DNA from: Candidatus Omnitrophota bacterium
GTDB lineage: Bacteria; Omnitrophota; Gorgyraeia; Duberdicusellales; 4484-171
DNA length: 64,000 nucleotides
Reading direction: 5' to 3'
Assembly (NCBI GenBank): GCA_021735655.1
Contig: JAIPGM010000001.1
Location: forward strand, 224,001-288,000
Numbering within the stretch: position 1 is the stretch's first letter; each line of letters begins with the position of its first letter. A model generated the notes under the pieces. It worked only from the letters and a program-made list of their open reading frames with translations, was not told the DNA's origin and searched no databases. A program made the position numbers and the translations under genes. Shown here in pieces: positions 55,166 to 64,000 of the stretch.

Positions 55166-56107
55166 ATGTTGACTAAAATTAACCTTCAAAAAATAAAATC
55201 TTTTACGATATCTATTGTTACGATAATTATTTTCGTTGTATTGTTTTCTAAGATAAATATTTATCAATTTGCCGAGCATCTCAAAGAGGCAAATCTATTT
55301 TTTTTATTATTAGGAGTCGGTATATTTATATTTACCGAATTATTTATTTCTTCTGTTCAGTGGGTAGAAATACTTCGACAGCTCAATTGCCATATTAGCT
55401 TGAAGGAAGCAATGTTTATAAGGATTGGAAGTATTCCGGCAAAATCGATGTTGCCATTTCGAAGCGGAGAGTTGTTAAGAGCTTTTTATCTTAAAAAACA
55501 GAAGCAATTTCCAGTTTCTTTGGGGGTTGGTTCTTTACTCTTTCAGCTCATAATTAATCTTTTAGTTTTAATTAGCATTATGTCGTCTGCTTACATTTAT
55601 TTTTTTAAATTAGATAACATTATTTTTTTCTCATTAATCTTAGCATTTCTATTCATTTTTTGTATATTATCATTTAAATTTATAAATAAGTTTATTCTTT
55701 ATTTGGCTAAAAAAGTAAATTTTCAATTTTATGAGTCTCTAAAGGCTTTATTCAATATTCACAGGAATTTTAAATTAAAAAGTTTAGTGGTGATACTTTT
55801 TTATTCGGTTATTATGTGGGTCGGTGAATTGTTTATATTTATTTTTATATTTAAGACAGTCGGTTTAGATATACCACTATACGCGATACTTATATTTGTA
55901 CCTTGGACAATCATAATAAGTAATATCCCCATAACCATTTCGGGTTTAGGGACAAGGGAGGCTAGCATAGTTTTACTTTTTTTACAATTTGGCTCACCTG
56001 AAAAATTATTGAGCAGTGGAGTGCTTATGTCATTTATCCAATTTGTTTTACCATTAACATTCAGTTTGTTATTCCTTAGAAAGTTTTTGAAAAAGATTAT
56101 GGTCTGA
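55166..56107 (+). CDS. Flippase-like membrane protein (UPF0104, LPG-synthase transmembrane-domain-like)
   Basis: 313 aa with about 8 transmembrane helices. The family is typically encoded next to GT2 genes. Confidence 0.5.
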   Translation: MLTKINLQKIKSFTISIVTIIIFVVLFSKINIYQFAEHLKEANLFFLLLGVGIFIFTELFISSVQWVEILRQLNCHISLKEAMFIRIGSIPAKSMLPFRSGELLRAFYLKKQKQFPVSLGVGSLLFQLIINLLVLISIMSSAYIYFFKLDNIIFFSLILAFLFIFCILSFKFINKFILYLAKKVNFQFYESLKALFNIHRNFKLKSLVVILFYSVIMWVGELFIFIFIFKTVGLDIPLYAILIFVPWTIIISNIPITISGLGTREASIVLLFLQFGSPEKLLSSGVLMSFIQFVLPLTFSLLFLRKFLKKIMV

Positions 56108-56238
56108 TTAATATTTTATGGTTTCTAGGAGAGTTTTTAAAGGTTAGTAATGCGGAAATATTTGGCTAGATAAATAATTTATTATTTTTGAGCGGCAAAA
56201 AAAGATATATAGCATTAAGGTAGCAAAATGAGTATACG

Positions 56239-56982
56239 ATGAGCAAGATAATAGCAATTATCCCTACTTACAATGAGGCTGGGAATATTTTACCTTTGTT
56301 AGGTAAACTTTTTTCTCTGGCAAGTAATATTTCTGTTTTGATAGTGGATGATAGCTCGCCTGACGGGACATCTCAAATAGTAATAAAGTTGCAAAGAGAA
56401 TATCCTAAGCTACATTTAATAACTCGGGCATGTCGTCAAGGCTTGGGCAGTGCTTATATAGAGGGGTTTAAATATGCCCTAAAGAAAGGTTACGATATAA
56501 TAATTCAAATGGACGCAGATTTATCTCACGCTCCGCGTGAGGTGTTAAAGATGATCGCTTTAATTGAGAGGTATGATCTAGTTATTGGCAGCAGATATAT
56601 TAAGGGTGGAGGAGTCTACGATTGGTCATATCCGAGAGTTTTGTTGAGCCGCTGGGCAAATATTTTTTCAAAAATATTGCTTAGGACGCAGGTCTATGAC
56701 TTAACCAGCGGATTCAAATGCTTGCGAAAGAATGTATTGGAAGAAATAGATTTCCAAACTATATCTTCCAGAGGGTATGCTTTCCAGATTGAAATGGTTT
56801 TTAGAGCTTTAAGGAAAGGCTTTAAGGTAATTGAGCATCCAATTATCTTTCAAGGAAGAAGATATGATAAGTCTAAAATGTCTTTGCCGATTGTCATAGA
56901 GGCTTTTATTAGAGTTTTGTGTTTGTTTTTTAATCGATTCTCCAGGGGGCGCAATACAGGATCAAATATTATCAATAAATAA
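56239..56982 (+). CDS. GT2 polyprenyl-phosphate glycosyltransferase (Dpm1-like)
   Basis: 'IIAIIPTYNEAGNI', 'VDDSSPDGT' and 'QMDADLSHAPRE' (a DxD motif). Confidence 0.8.
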   Translation: MSKIIAIIPTYNEAGNILPLLGKLFSLASNISVLIVDDSSPDGTSQIVIKLQREYPKLHLITRACRQGLGSAYIEGFKYALKKGYDIIIQMDADLSHAPREVLKMIALIERYDLVIGSRYIKGGGVYDWSYPRVLLSRWANIFSKILLRTQVYDLTSGFKCLRKNVLEEIDFQTISSRGYAFQIEMVFRALRKGFKVIEHPIIFQGRRYDKSKMSLPIVIEAFIRVLCLFFNRFSRGRNTGSNIINK

Positions 56983-57133
56983 AGGCCTTTCGACTTAAAG
57001 GTTAGGGAAATTTTTTAAGAAATACGATTAAAAAAGTATTTGATTCTATATAGAATATGATAAAATTAAGGGATAAAGAAGTGTGTTTTTATATTAGATG
57101 CACAATTTACAATGCTAAAGGGAGGTGTCCAAA

Positions 57134-57886
57134 ATGATTAGGACCATGGAAACTTTATGTTTTGCGGCTTTGATTTTTGCAATAACATTTGCTTTTACTC
57201 CATTAGCTTTAGCTTATGATTTAAGTAAGTATTACCCTTTAAATGAAGGTGATAGTTGGGAGTATTTAACAAGCGGAATAGGCTACGTTGAGGGTGGAGC
57301 AGATAAGGCAGAATTTTCCGATATGATTGAAGTAGATAAAATAGAATCAAAAGAATCTATTTCCGGTAAAAGGACCATGGTAAAGGTTTCGGGAGCCTTA
57401 GAGGAAAAAGAATGTTTGGCTGTAGACTCAGAAGGACTAAAACTGTACAAGTTAATAGATGGTCCAGGTGGTTATGATATATTTACCCCGCCGTTCATGC
57501 AGTTGGCAAATCTTGCAGTTGGAGAGAGTAAAACTTTCTTAAGCAATGCAATCGGGTATGGTGATCGCTCAAGTGAAGGAGCCAGACTGAATACAAATAC
57601 GATAACATTGGAATCAGTGGAAAGAGTAGAAGTTCCCGCAGGATTATTTGATGATTGCCTTAAATTTACGTCGACGGGTGAAAGAGCCTACGCAGATGGC
57701 AATTATGAAAATATTGAGTCTACCGTTTGGCTTGCTTTAGGGGTAGGTGTAGTTAAGGCTGATTATATTTATATCGAACATGATTTTTCTTCAGGCGAGG
57801 ATAGTACTACTACCAACAAGCGAAATTTGGTTTCAGCAAAGGTAAATGGTCAACAAATCGGAACTCCAAAGGAAAGTCAAGAATAA
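57134..57886 (+). CDS. Exported hypothetical protein
   Basis: AAGGGAGG lies upstream of the ATG at 57134. The N-terminus is MIRTMETLCFAALIFAITFAFTPLALA, a signal peptide. The ORF track starts at a GTG at 57125. Confidence 0.5.
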   Translation: MIRTMETLCFAALIFAITFAFTPLALAYDLSKYYPLNEGDSWEYLTSGIGYVEGGADKAEFSDMIEVDKIESKESISGKRTMVKVSGALEEKECLAVDSEGLKLYKLIDGPGGYDIFTPPFMQLANLAVGESKTFLSNAIGYGDRSSEGARLNTNTITLESVERVEVPAGLFDDCLKFTSTGERAYADGNYENIESTVWLALGVGVVKADYIYIEHDFSSGEDSTTTNKRNLVSAKVNGQQIGTPKESQE

Positions 57887-57899
57887 TAAGGCCAGCGTG

Positions 57900-57936
57900 C
57901 AAGTTTTAGCTAATGAAACTTGATAATTTTTTTATT
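57900..57936 (+). terminator. Rho-independent terminator
   Basis: An 8-bp stem, CAAGTTTT (57900-57907) paired with GAAACTTG (57915-57922, one G·U pair), encloses a 7-nt loop. It is followed by ataaTTTTTTTaTT. It lies 14 nt after the stop of the upstream gene. Confidence 0.55.
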
Positions 57937-57986
57937 GCAGTTTCATAAATCCTTCTATACGATTCAAATTCAATATTACAATTTAT

Positions 57987-57995
57987 GGGGGGGGG
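57987..57995. repeat. Homopolymeric G9 tract in the intergenic region upstream of a GT4 gene
   Basis: The sequence is atttatGGGGGGGGGttaat. It is located about 120 nt upstream of the ATG at 58117 and downstream of the terminator. Confidence 0.9.
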
Positions 57996-58116
57996 TTAAT
58001 CCGATCAACATGTGAAGTTCCTCATGAATTGCAGTCTTATCAAAATACGCATAAACATAAAATACGAATTAATAAAGATGTTAAGCTATATATAGTTGAT
58101 AGTTGTAGGGCGAAAA

Positions 58117-59220
58117 ATGAAAAAAATTCTGGTTTTTAACGCTGGAGCTTATATCTACGGAGCAGAAAGAGGGTTAATTAATTTTATTAGAACTTTGTCT
58201 GATAAATTTGAAATAACGGTAGTCTTGCCTTCCCAAGGCCCCCTTTCTAAAAAAATCGAAAAATTAAATGTATCTTTAAAAATATTTCCGATACCGATCC
58301 TTAAAATCTCGCTTTCACCGCTATATTATATTTTTTTTCCTTTTCATTTTATTTTTTCCGTTATTTATTTTAGCATTTATGCAATCCGCAAAGATATTGA
58401 AATAATTTGTAGTAATTCTTTACTTTTAGTTTTTCCGGCTATTGTTGCTAAATTTACCAAAAAAAGACATATCTGGTATTTAAGAGAGTTTCTGCCTTCT
58501 AGTTTTTTGAATAAAGCTCTAGGGGCATTCATTATCAGATTTTCAAACCAAATAATATGTCAATCTCAAGCTATTAGGGAAGCCTTGCTTGGCAAAGAAA
58601 GGGGCATTATTATTTATGAACCTTTAAATGCTACGGACTATAAAATCTACAAATCAGATCTTGCAAGAAGTGAGCTAAATATCCCTATAAAATCAACGGT
58701 TATTTCAATAATTTCTCGAGTGCATCCTTCTAAGGGACAGTATGAATTTATAGTTGATATTAAAAGGACATTAAAGAAAAATCCCAACATCCTTTTGGTT
58801 ATCGCCGGTGATATATCGCCGAACAATTTAAGAAATCGTTTATATAAAGCAAAAATAGAAAAATTGATAGAGGGGGATACTCTAAAAAATGTAGTCCTTT
58901 TAGGTTTTAGAGATGATGTTGATAGGATACTTTCTTTAAGCAATATTTGCGTTTTTCCTTTTAAAAGAAAAGAACCGTTTGGAATTTCTGTAGCTGAAAG
59001 TTTAACTTTTGGTAAAATAACTTTTTTTCCTCAGGTTGGAGGTCTAAAAGAAGTACGTGATATCTTTGGTCGGGGAAACGATTTTAGTATAGATAGGATT
59101 TGTGAGATAGCCTCAAACTTTGAACCAGCACGAGTAGAAAAGCTCCAAGAATTATATATCCCTGAAGAGCTTTCTATCGCGACATACAAAAATAAACTTA
59201 TTCCTATTTTTGAAAATTAA
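58117..59220 (+). CDS. Glycosyltransferase family 4 (GT-B)
   Basis: The EX7E-type C-terminal block 'FKRKEPFGISVAESLTFGKITF' is present. ATG 58117 was chosen (MKKILVFNAGA…). The ORF track starts at 58096. Confidence 0.7.
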   Translation: MKKILVFNAGAYIYGAERGLINFIRTLSDKFEITVVLPSQGPLSKKIEKLNVSLKIFPIPILKISLSPLYYIFFPFHFIFSVIYFSIYAIRKDIEIICSNSLLLVFPAIVAKFTKKRHIWYLREFLPSSFLNKALGAFIIRFSNQIICQSQAIREALLGKERGIIIYEPLNATDYKIYKSDLARSELNIPIKSTVISIISRVHPSKGQYEFIVDIKRTLKKNPNILLVIAGDISPNNLRNRLYKAKIEKLIEGDTLKNVVLLGFRDDVDRILSLSNICVFPFKRKEPFGISVAESLTFGKITFFPQVGGLKEVRDIFGRGNDFSIDRICEIASNFEPARVEKLQELYIPEELSIATYKNKLIPIFEN

Positions 59221-60348
59221 ATGAAGCCGTTTAAAAAAAAGATACTTTTTATTATTACCCACCTTGAATTGGGAGGAGCTCAGGGTCAGTTGCTTTTGCT
59301 TGTAAAAAATCTAGATAGAAACAAGTACTCACTGTATTTATCTTCCGGAGACCAGGGCTATCTCAAGGAAGAATTTTTAAAACTCCCATATTTACATATA
59401 AAATTAATTCCGGAGTTGATAAGAAATATTAATCCTTTCTACGATTTTATTGCTTTTTTGAAATTATATTTCTATATCAAAAAAAATAAATTCGATATAG
59501 TTCATACTAATTCCCCTAAAGCTTCTATTTTGGGAAGATGGGCGGCTTATCTGGCAGGCGTAAAAGGTATTATTTACACTGTACACGGTTGGCCTTTTCA
59601 TAAATTCATGAATCCGATAGTGCATTATTTATATATTTTAATTGAAAAAGTGACCGCCAAGATTACAAAAAAGATAATAGTTGTTTCTGAAGCAGACCTT
59701 AGAACAGGAATAGAGAATGAAATCGCCGATAAAAATAGAATTTTTCTTGTTCATTATGGCATAGAAATAGATAAGTTTAATAAGGTGTATGATCAAAGAA
59801 GCGAAATTTTTCCTGGTAATACTGTTTTTACAATCTCTTCGTTTAAGCCTCAAAAGGATATTTTTAATTTTTTGAAATTAGCAAAAATGCTTCTTGATAG
59901 AAATCCTCAGTTGAATTTTATCATAGCCGGAGACGGACCTTTGCGTAAGAGAGTGGAGAAAAGGATAGAGTTACTAGGGCTAAGCGGTAAGGTGCACCTA
60001 AAGGGCTGGTCTGACGATGTTTCTCTTTTATTTAAAATGGCATCGTTGTTTGTGCTCACTTCTTTATGGGAAGGTCTACCAGTGTCTTTGATTGAAGCGG
60101 TTGTATCAGGAGTTCCGGTGGTAGTCACTAATACCGGTGGCATTTTCGATATAGTGAAAAGCGGCAATCAGGGGGTGGTCGTCAATCCAACCAATATTTT
60201 AGAAATAGAGAGCGCTTGTTGGGAAATATTGAAAAACTATGATAATTGGAGTACAATTGTCAGGAATGGCCGGAAAAAGTTAAATTTAAAATATTGGTCT
60301 TTTGCTAGAACGCTGAGAGAAATAGAAAATATTTATGCTACTATTTAA
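59221..60348 (+). CDS. Glycosyltransferase family 4 (GT-B)
   Basis: 'ILFIITHLELGGAQ', 'LTSLWEGLPVSLIEAVVSGVPVVVTNTGG' (an EX7E-like motif) and 'HTNSP' are present. Confidence 0.8.
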   Translation: MKPFKKKILFIITHLELGGAQGQLLLLVKNLDRNKYSLYLSSGDQGYLKEEFLKLPYLHIKLIPELIRNINPFYDFIAFLKLYFYIKKNKFDIVHTNSPKASILGRWAAYLAGVKGIIYTVHGWPFHKFMNPIVHYLYILIEKVTAKITKKIIVVSEADLRTGIENEIADKNRIFLVHYGIEIDKFNKVYDQRSEIFPGNTVFTISSFKPQKDIFNFLKLAKMLLDRNPQLNFIIAGDGPLRKRVEKRIELLGLSGKVHLKGWSDDVSLLFKMASLFVLTSLWEGLPVSLIEAVVSGVPVVVTNTGGIFDIVKSGNQGVVVNPTNILEIESACWEILKNYDNWSTIVRNGRKKLNLKYWSFARTLREIENIYATI

Positions 60349-61339
60349 GTTGATAGAGCTGTTAGCGCTTTTCTTTTTTGCTTTTACGCTCAGTATATTT
60401 TTTCTTGCTATTTCAAGAAAGCTATCTTTAAAACACAATCTTTTTATCAGAGATAGAAATATACCTTATATTGGGGGGGTTAGTTTTTCTCTGGTTTTTA
60501 TCATTTGCCTTATTTTATTTTCTTTTATTAAAGCTAAAGTTGTGCCTTTTCAGTTTATTTGGATAATTACCTTTTCATTTATATTGTTGTTGGTTGAGTG
60601 GATAGACGATTTGAAGGATTTAAAGCTTAAGGCCAGAGTCCTGATTCAAATCATTTTTGTATTTTTATTTCTCCTTTACGGAAAGCAAATCCAGATTTAT
60701 TTTTTACCAAACTGGGCTAATTATCTTATTTCTTTTTTATGGATAGTAGGGATAACCAATGCTTTTAATCATCTTGATGTCGCTGATGGGCTATGTGCAG
60801 GTATAGCTTTGATTGTTAGCTTGGCATGTTTAGTGATAGCTTTAAAGACTGGAAGCTTTTTATTGTTTGTTTTTGTTGCTCTTTTTGGGGTTCTTTTGGC
60901 TTTTCTTTTGTTTAATTTCCCTCCGGCTAAAATATTCATGGGTAATGCTGGAAGTCACTTTTTAGGCTTCTTGTTTGCAACCTTAAGCATTTATGGAGAC
61001 TATGCCAGCTTCGATAATATTTTAGCCATTTTTTTGCCCCTGTTGGTTCTAGGATTGCCGATTGTTGACACATTTTATCTCATTGTGGTGCGTGCTAGTA
61101 AGAAAATCTCTCCTTTACGGAAAAGTGATGATCACATCATTTTACGTTATTTGTTAAAGGGCTATTCTTACAAGCGGTCTTTGGCAAGTATTTATTTTTT
61201 AACTGCGGTTTGGTGTTTAAGTGCAATTCTTTTATTGAATGGTCCAGGCCTATGGTGTTTAATTTTTCTGATTATTGCCTTTTTGGGAACAATTCTTATG
61301 ATCATTAAGGCTAATGTCAGTAAATTTTCTAGTTGTTAG
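60335..61339 (+). CDS. Polyprenyl-phosphate N-acetylhexosamine-1-phosphate transferase (MraY/WecA family)
   Basis: 'WIVGITNAFNHLDVADGL' matches the MraY/WecA NxxNxxDGxDGL block. It is a polytopic membrane protein. It contains a G7 tract at 60473-60479. Confidence 0.75.
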   Translation: MLLFKLIELLALFFFAFTLSIFFLAISRKLSLKHNLFIRDRNIPYIGGVSFSLVFIICLILFSFIKAKVVPFQFIWIITFSFILLLVEWIDDLKDLKLKARVLIQIIFVFLFLLYGKQIQIYFLPNWANYLISFLWIVGITNAFNHLDVADGLCAGIALIVSLACLVIALKTGSFLLFVFVALFGVLLAFLLFNFPPAKIFMGNAGSHFLGFLFATLSIYGDYASFDNILAIFLPLLVLGLPIVDTFYLIVVRASKKISPLRKSDDHIILRYLLKGYSYKRSLASIYFLTAVWCLSAILLLNGPGLWCLIFLIIAFLGTILMIIKANVSKFSSC

Positions 61340-62524
61340 TCCGAGGATTATCCACCAGAGAAAAGCTACTTGAGGAATAAAGAAAGAGAAATCGACAATA
61401 TTATGCAGGAGAAACGACAACCCAGCTGCGAATATAGCTAATGATAGTAATGTGTTTTTCGAAGCTATAAGTATTTTTAAGTTCATTCTTACATAATTAA
61501 AAACTATCACTAGCCAGCTTAAAATTCCTATCATTCCAAGCTCACCCCAAATTTGAAGATAAGAGTTGTGGCTATAGCGAGACCCGGGCAAATAAAAATT
61601 GCCTAAACCGACGCCGACAAAAGGGTGTTGTTTGATTATTTCAGTTGTTCCGCGCCAGTAAGCGACTCTTTGGTGAATAGAAAAAAAGGGGTTGGTTATT
61701 TTTTCCGGATTGTTCAGACGTAGATAAAAAACAATTATTGATAATAAGCCGATTACAAGAATAGCGGTAATGCTTTTTTTGTTTATTTTTTTACGCCAAA
61801 ATAGTAGAAAAGGCAACAGACTAAGCAAGGATAACCATCCGCCGATAGATTTAGTAAAGAAGAAGGCAATAAAAGAAATAAGGACGCAAAAAAAGGCCAG
61901 GTATTTATCAAATACCCATTTAGCTTCTTCTTTTTTTTGTAAAAGTAGGCCAAGGCTGATGAAGATTAGTATTATTAGATAACCGGCTAAAAGATTGGGG
62001 TTAATGAAAGGGGCCAAGGCTCTTGATTGCGATAATAGCTCTTTTACAAAATAGTTATTAAATAATGCCCAAAGGCTGTAAATGGCCACAAAGCAGCAAC
62101 TCAGGAGGAGTGTTTTTATCAGAACTATTTGATTGTTTTTTGGGGTAAGCTTAGCGAAGTAAAATAATAACAGAATGATAAAAAAGTCATAAACTTTATT
62201 TAGATTTGATACAAGATCAGAAACAAACAGTGCTGAACCAAATAGGTTTAAGAAAAAAACTATGATTATTAAGTTAAAAAAACTTTTCTTGATATTTTTT
62301 CGGAAGATAAAAATATATAAAAGGCTAGAGCAAAAAATTACAAAATTAACTGTTGAATCAAGCATCCTAGAGCCAAATATCGGCAGAAGCGGGTAAAGGA
62401 AAATACAGCTAACTATAATTTTCCATATTGCTGACTGTAGTTTTAATTTCTGTTTTTCAGTCAGAGGCCTGAGCGGTGAATTAAGTTTATTCGCTATTGA
62501 TTTGGTTAAAGTAATTATTGGCAT
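61259..62524 (-). CDS. O-antigen ligase/polymerase-like membrane protein (Wzy_C domain)
   Basis: 'HNSYLQIWGELGMIGIL' matches the Wzy_C signature (H.H..y…E.G..G). About 10 transmembrane helices. Its 3' end overlaps the convergent MraY-like gene by 81 nt. Confidence 0.6.
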   Translation of the reverse strand: MPIITLTKSIANKLNSPLRPLTEKQKLKLQSAIWKIIVSCIFLYPLLPIFGSRMLDSTVNFVIFCSSLLYIFIFRKNIKKSFFNLIIIVFFLNLFGSALFVSDLVSNLNKVYDFFIILLLFYFAKLTPKNNQIVLIKTLLLSCCFVAIYSLWALFNNYFVKELLSQSRALAPFINPNLLAGYLIILIFISLGLLLQKKEEAKWVFDKYLAFFCVLISFIAFFFTKSIGGWLSLLSLLPFLLFWRKKINKKSITAILVIGLLSIIVFYLRLNNPEKITNPFFSIHQRVAYWRGTTEIIKQHPFVGVGLGNFYLPGSRYSHNSYLQIWGELGMIGILSWLVIVFNYVRMNLKILIASKNTLLSLAIFAAGLSFLLHNIVDFSFFIPQVAFLWWIILGLTTRKFTDISLNDHKNCSQKGNNQKN

Positions 62525-62612
62525 ATTTTTTAGGTTTGTTACTATTATAACTAGAATTTGACATATAGTAAAAAGATTTATATACTTTAAAGGTAGATTT
62601 AAAAGGTAAAAC

Positions 62613-63899
62613 GTGAAAAAATTATTTTTAACTATAATTATTTTCGGGCTGTTATTTTTGATATCTAGCTATCTCGAAGCTGCTATCTCTTATCGGTCGA
62701 GTAAGGTTTTTTTTGAGGGAAAACAGCTTTTAGTAGCTAAACCTGATAGTCAGGGTCGATATAGCCAGGCTTCTCCCTTTATAATCAAAGGAGTTACCTG
62801 GTCTCCGGAGACAGCCGCTCCTGATTTTGGTCCTAACCCAATATGCCCAAACGAAACTGTAGAATATGGTTTTTTCTTTGATTGGGCCGGCCGTATACCT
62901 CAGGGGCATGAGATTTTTGTTTATTGGAAGGAGCGGCAGTTTGTTAAGCATTACTTAACTGATGTTCCGCTGATGAGGAAGATGAATTTAAATACAGTTA
63001 GGGTTTATAGTTCCTTCGGCGATGATTTTAGAGAGGGCCGTAAGGTTTTAGATGAGTTATTCGATAATGGGATTATGATTATTATGAATGTAGCAATGTC
63101 TAAAGTTGACATTGATAACCAGAAGTATTTAAAAGTAGTCGAAGCTTACAAAGATCATCCGGCAATTCTTTTTTGGGCGATCGGTAACGAGTGGAATCTT
63201 GACTATAATAAATATTGGGGTTATGAAACAGTAGAAGCAGCAGCCCAAGCTACAAACCAGGTAGCTAAAGCAATAAAGCAAGTTGATCCAGATCATCCGG
63301 TGACCTCAGTTTTGGGTGATCGTTTTAGTGATTGCGATTTTGAAGATTCGGTAAGCCACATACTTGATATTTGTTTAGAGATAGATGTTTGGGGTTTTAA
63401 TGTTTACCGGGGAAAAAGCTTTAGAGATTTTTTTTCACAAGTTGAGAGCTTAACTGAAAGACCTTTTTATATCTCTGAGTTTGGAACCGACTCTTTTCGT
63501 ACTACTAAATTCAAGGTGGTTGATGAGCATCAGGCTGACAACTGCAAAGGTTGGGAGCATGAGGCTTTACAGGCAAAGTTTGTTTTAGGCCTTTGGCGGG
63601 AGATAGAAAGTAATCTTTCGGGAATTCATTCCGATAAGCAGTGTTTAGGCGGCCTGGTCCATGAGTTTAATGATTCGCTTTGGAAGGTTGGCTCTTATCA
63701 TGTAGGTTTAGGAGGTTTAGTTGACTATTACTCCGAAGAAAGATCTAGTTTTAGAACTTATAATACCGAAGGGTTTTATCTTCCTGGGGGTCACCCTGAT
63801 GATGTGGCTAACGAGGAGTATTTCGGTATAGTTAACGCTGAACGCAAGCCTAAAGAAATATTCTTTAAATTGCAGGAATATTACGCTAAGTTAAAGTGA
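62613..63899 (+). CDS. Exported clan GH-A (GH5-like) glycoside hydrolase
   Basis: A signal peptide is present (MKKLFLTIIIFGLLFLISSYLEA). 'ILFWAIGNEWN' is an NE acid/base motif and 'YISEFGTDSF' is an E-nucleophile motif. The start is a GTG. Confidence 0.5.
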   Translation: MKKLFLTIIIFGLLFLISSYLEAAISYRSSKVFFEGKQLLVAKPDSQGRYSQASPFIIKGVTWSPETAAPDFGPNPICPNETVEYGFFFDWAGRIPQGHEIFVYWKERQFVKHYLTDVPLMRKMNLNTVRVYSSFGDDFREGRKVLDELFDNGIMIIMNVAMSKVDIDNQKYLKVVEAYKDHPAILFWAIGNEWNLDYNKYWGYETVEAAAQATNQVAKAIKQVDPDHPVTSVLGDRFSDCDFEDSVSHILDICLEIDVWGFNVYRGKSFRDFFSQVESLTERPFYISEFGTDSFRTTKFKVVDEHQADNCKGWEHEALQAKFVLGLWREIESNLSGIHSDKQCLGGLVHEFNDSLWKVGSYHVGLGGLVDYYSEERSSFRTYNTEGFYLPGGHPDDVANEEYFGIVNAERKPKEIFFKLQEYYAKLK

Positions 63900-63900
63900 T

Positions 63901-63929
63901 TTGACATATCAAGGTATATTCTATATAAT
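63901..63929 (+). promoter_or_regulatory. Consensus sigma70-type promoter
   Basis: TTGACA (63901-63906), a 17-nt spacer, then TATAAT (63924-63929). Confidence 0.55.
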
Positions 63930-63938
63930 CAATACATC

Positions 63939-64000
63939 ATGGAATTGAATGAAAAACTAGAGAAAATAAGCGAAGAGTTTGGTAACCCCTTCTTGGAGAC
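63939..64000 (+). CDS. 5' end of an ORF running off the window (MELNEKLEKISEEFGNPFLE…), possibly leaderless
   Basis: The ATG lies 10 nt after the -10 hexamer with no room for an SD. The frame is open to the window end. Confidence 0.25.
   Translation, partial: MELNEKLEKISEEFGNPFLE

Noticed and set aside
56983-57010. Short hairpin (CCTTT-cgactt-AAAGG) after the Dpm1-like gene as a terminator.
   Set aside because: The stem is only 5 bp and AT-rich, and there is no convincing U-tract. It is much weaker than the clear terminator at 57900-57936.
1-64000. Looked for CRISPR arrays, tRNA/rRNA genes, IS elements, integrases or direct-repeat-flanked islands.
   Set aside because: There are no regularly spaced direct repeats, no tRNA-like cloverleaf candidates in the few intergenic gaps, and no transposase or recombinase motifs (DDE, tyrosine recombinase R..H..R..Y). 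The window appears to be a native biosynthetic locus rather than a mobile element.

Overview
AT-rich, gene-dense bacterial window that is almost entirely on the + strand with short or overlapping junctions, so it reads as long operons. No rRNA, tRNA, CRISPR array, transposase or integrase was recognised. Three things stand out. (1) At 995-8843 there is a compact RiPP-like locus. It holds a PqqD-type recognition protein, an adjacent radical SAM/SPASM enzyme and, immediately downstream, an unannotated 57-aa ORF (2480-2653, absent from the ORF track) that ends in GCGCCGCCCCW, which is the best candidate for a new modified-peptide precursor. The same locus also carries an HPr-kinase-related P-loop kinase, an exported protein, a signal-peptidase-I-like/GNAT fusion, a B12-binding radical SAM, an NTP_transf_5-like nucleotidyltransferase and a second SPASM enzyme. 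(2) The rest of the window is a very large cell-envelope glycan locus (GT2, GT4, GT-C/ArnT-like, MraY/WecA-like, Wzy-like, flippase-like, deacetylases, a DegT aminotransferase and a UDP-galactopyranose-mutase-like flavoenzyme). It contains an exceptional 13 radical SAM genes in total. These include a module of a membrane-anchored GT2 translationally coupled to a 'family B' radical SAM/SPASM enzyme that is repeated four times, and five 'family A' SPASM paralogs that occur partly as tandem pairs, none with an obvious adjacent precursor peptide. (3) There are two embedded islands of unusual biochemistry. One is a Dlt-like carrier-protein acylation system (MBOAT, carrier protein, adenylation enzyme, DltD-like SGNH protein and a 40-aa DltX-like micropeptide ending FIYQQF) with an extra acyl-CoA dehydrogenase. 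The other is a larE-larB-larC nickel-pincer cofactor operon with no LarA, followed instead by an exported DUF362-like protein. Other notable details are a DUF5989-like micropeptide with two SGNH hydrolases and a PP-loop ATPase, homopolymeric G tracts of 9, 8 and 7 nt that are unusual in this AT-rich DNA, a clean Rho-independent terminator, and a perfect consensus sigma70 promoter at the 3' edge.
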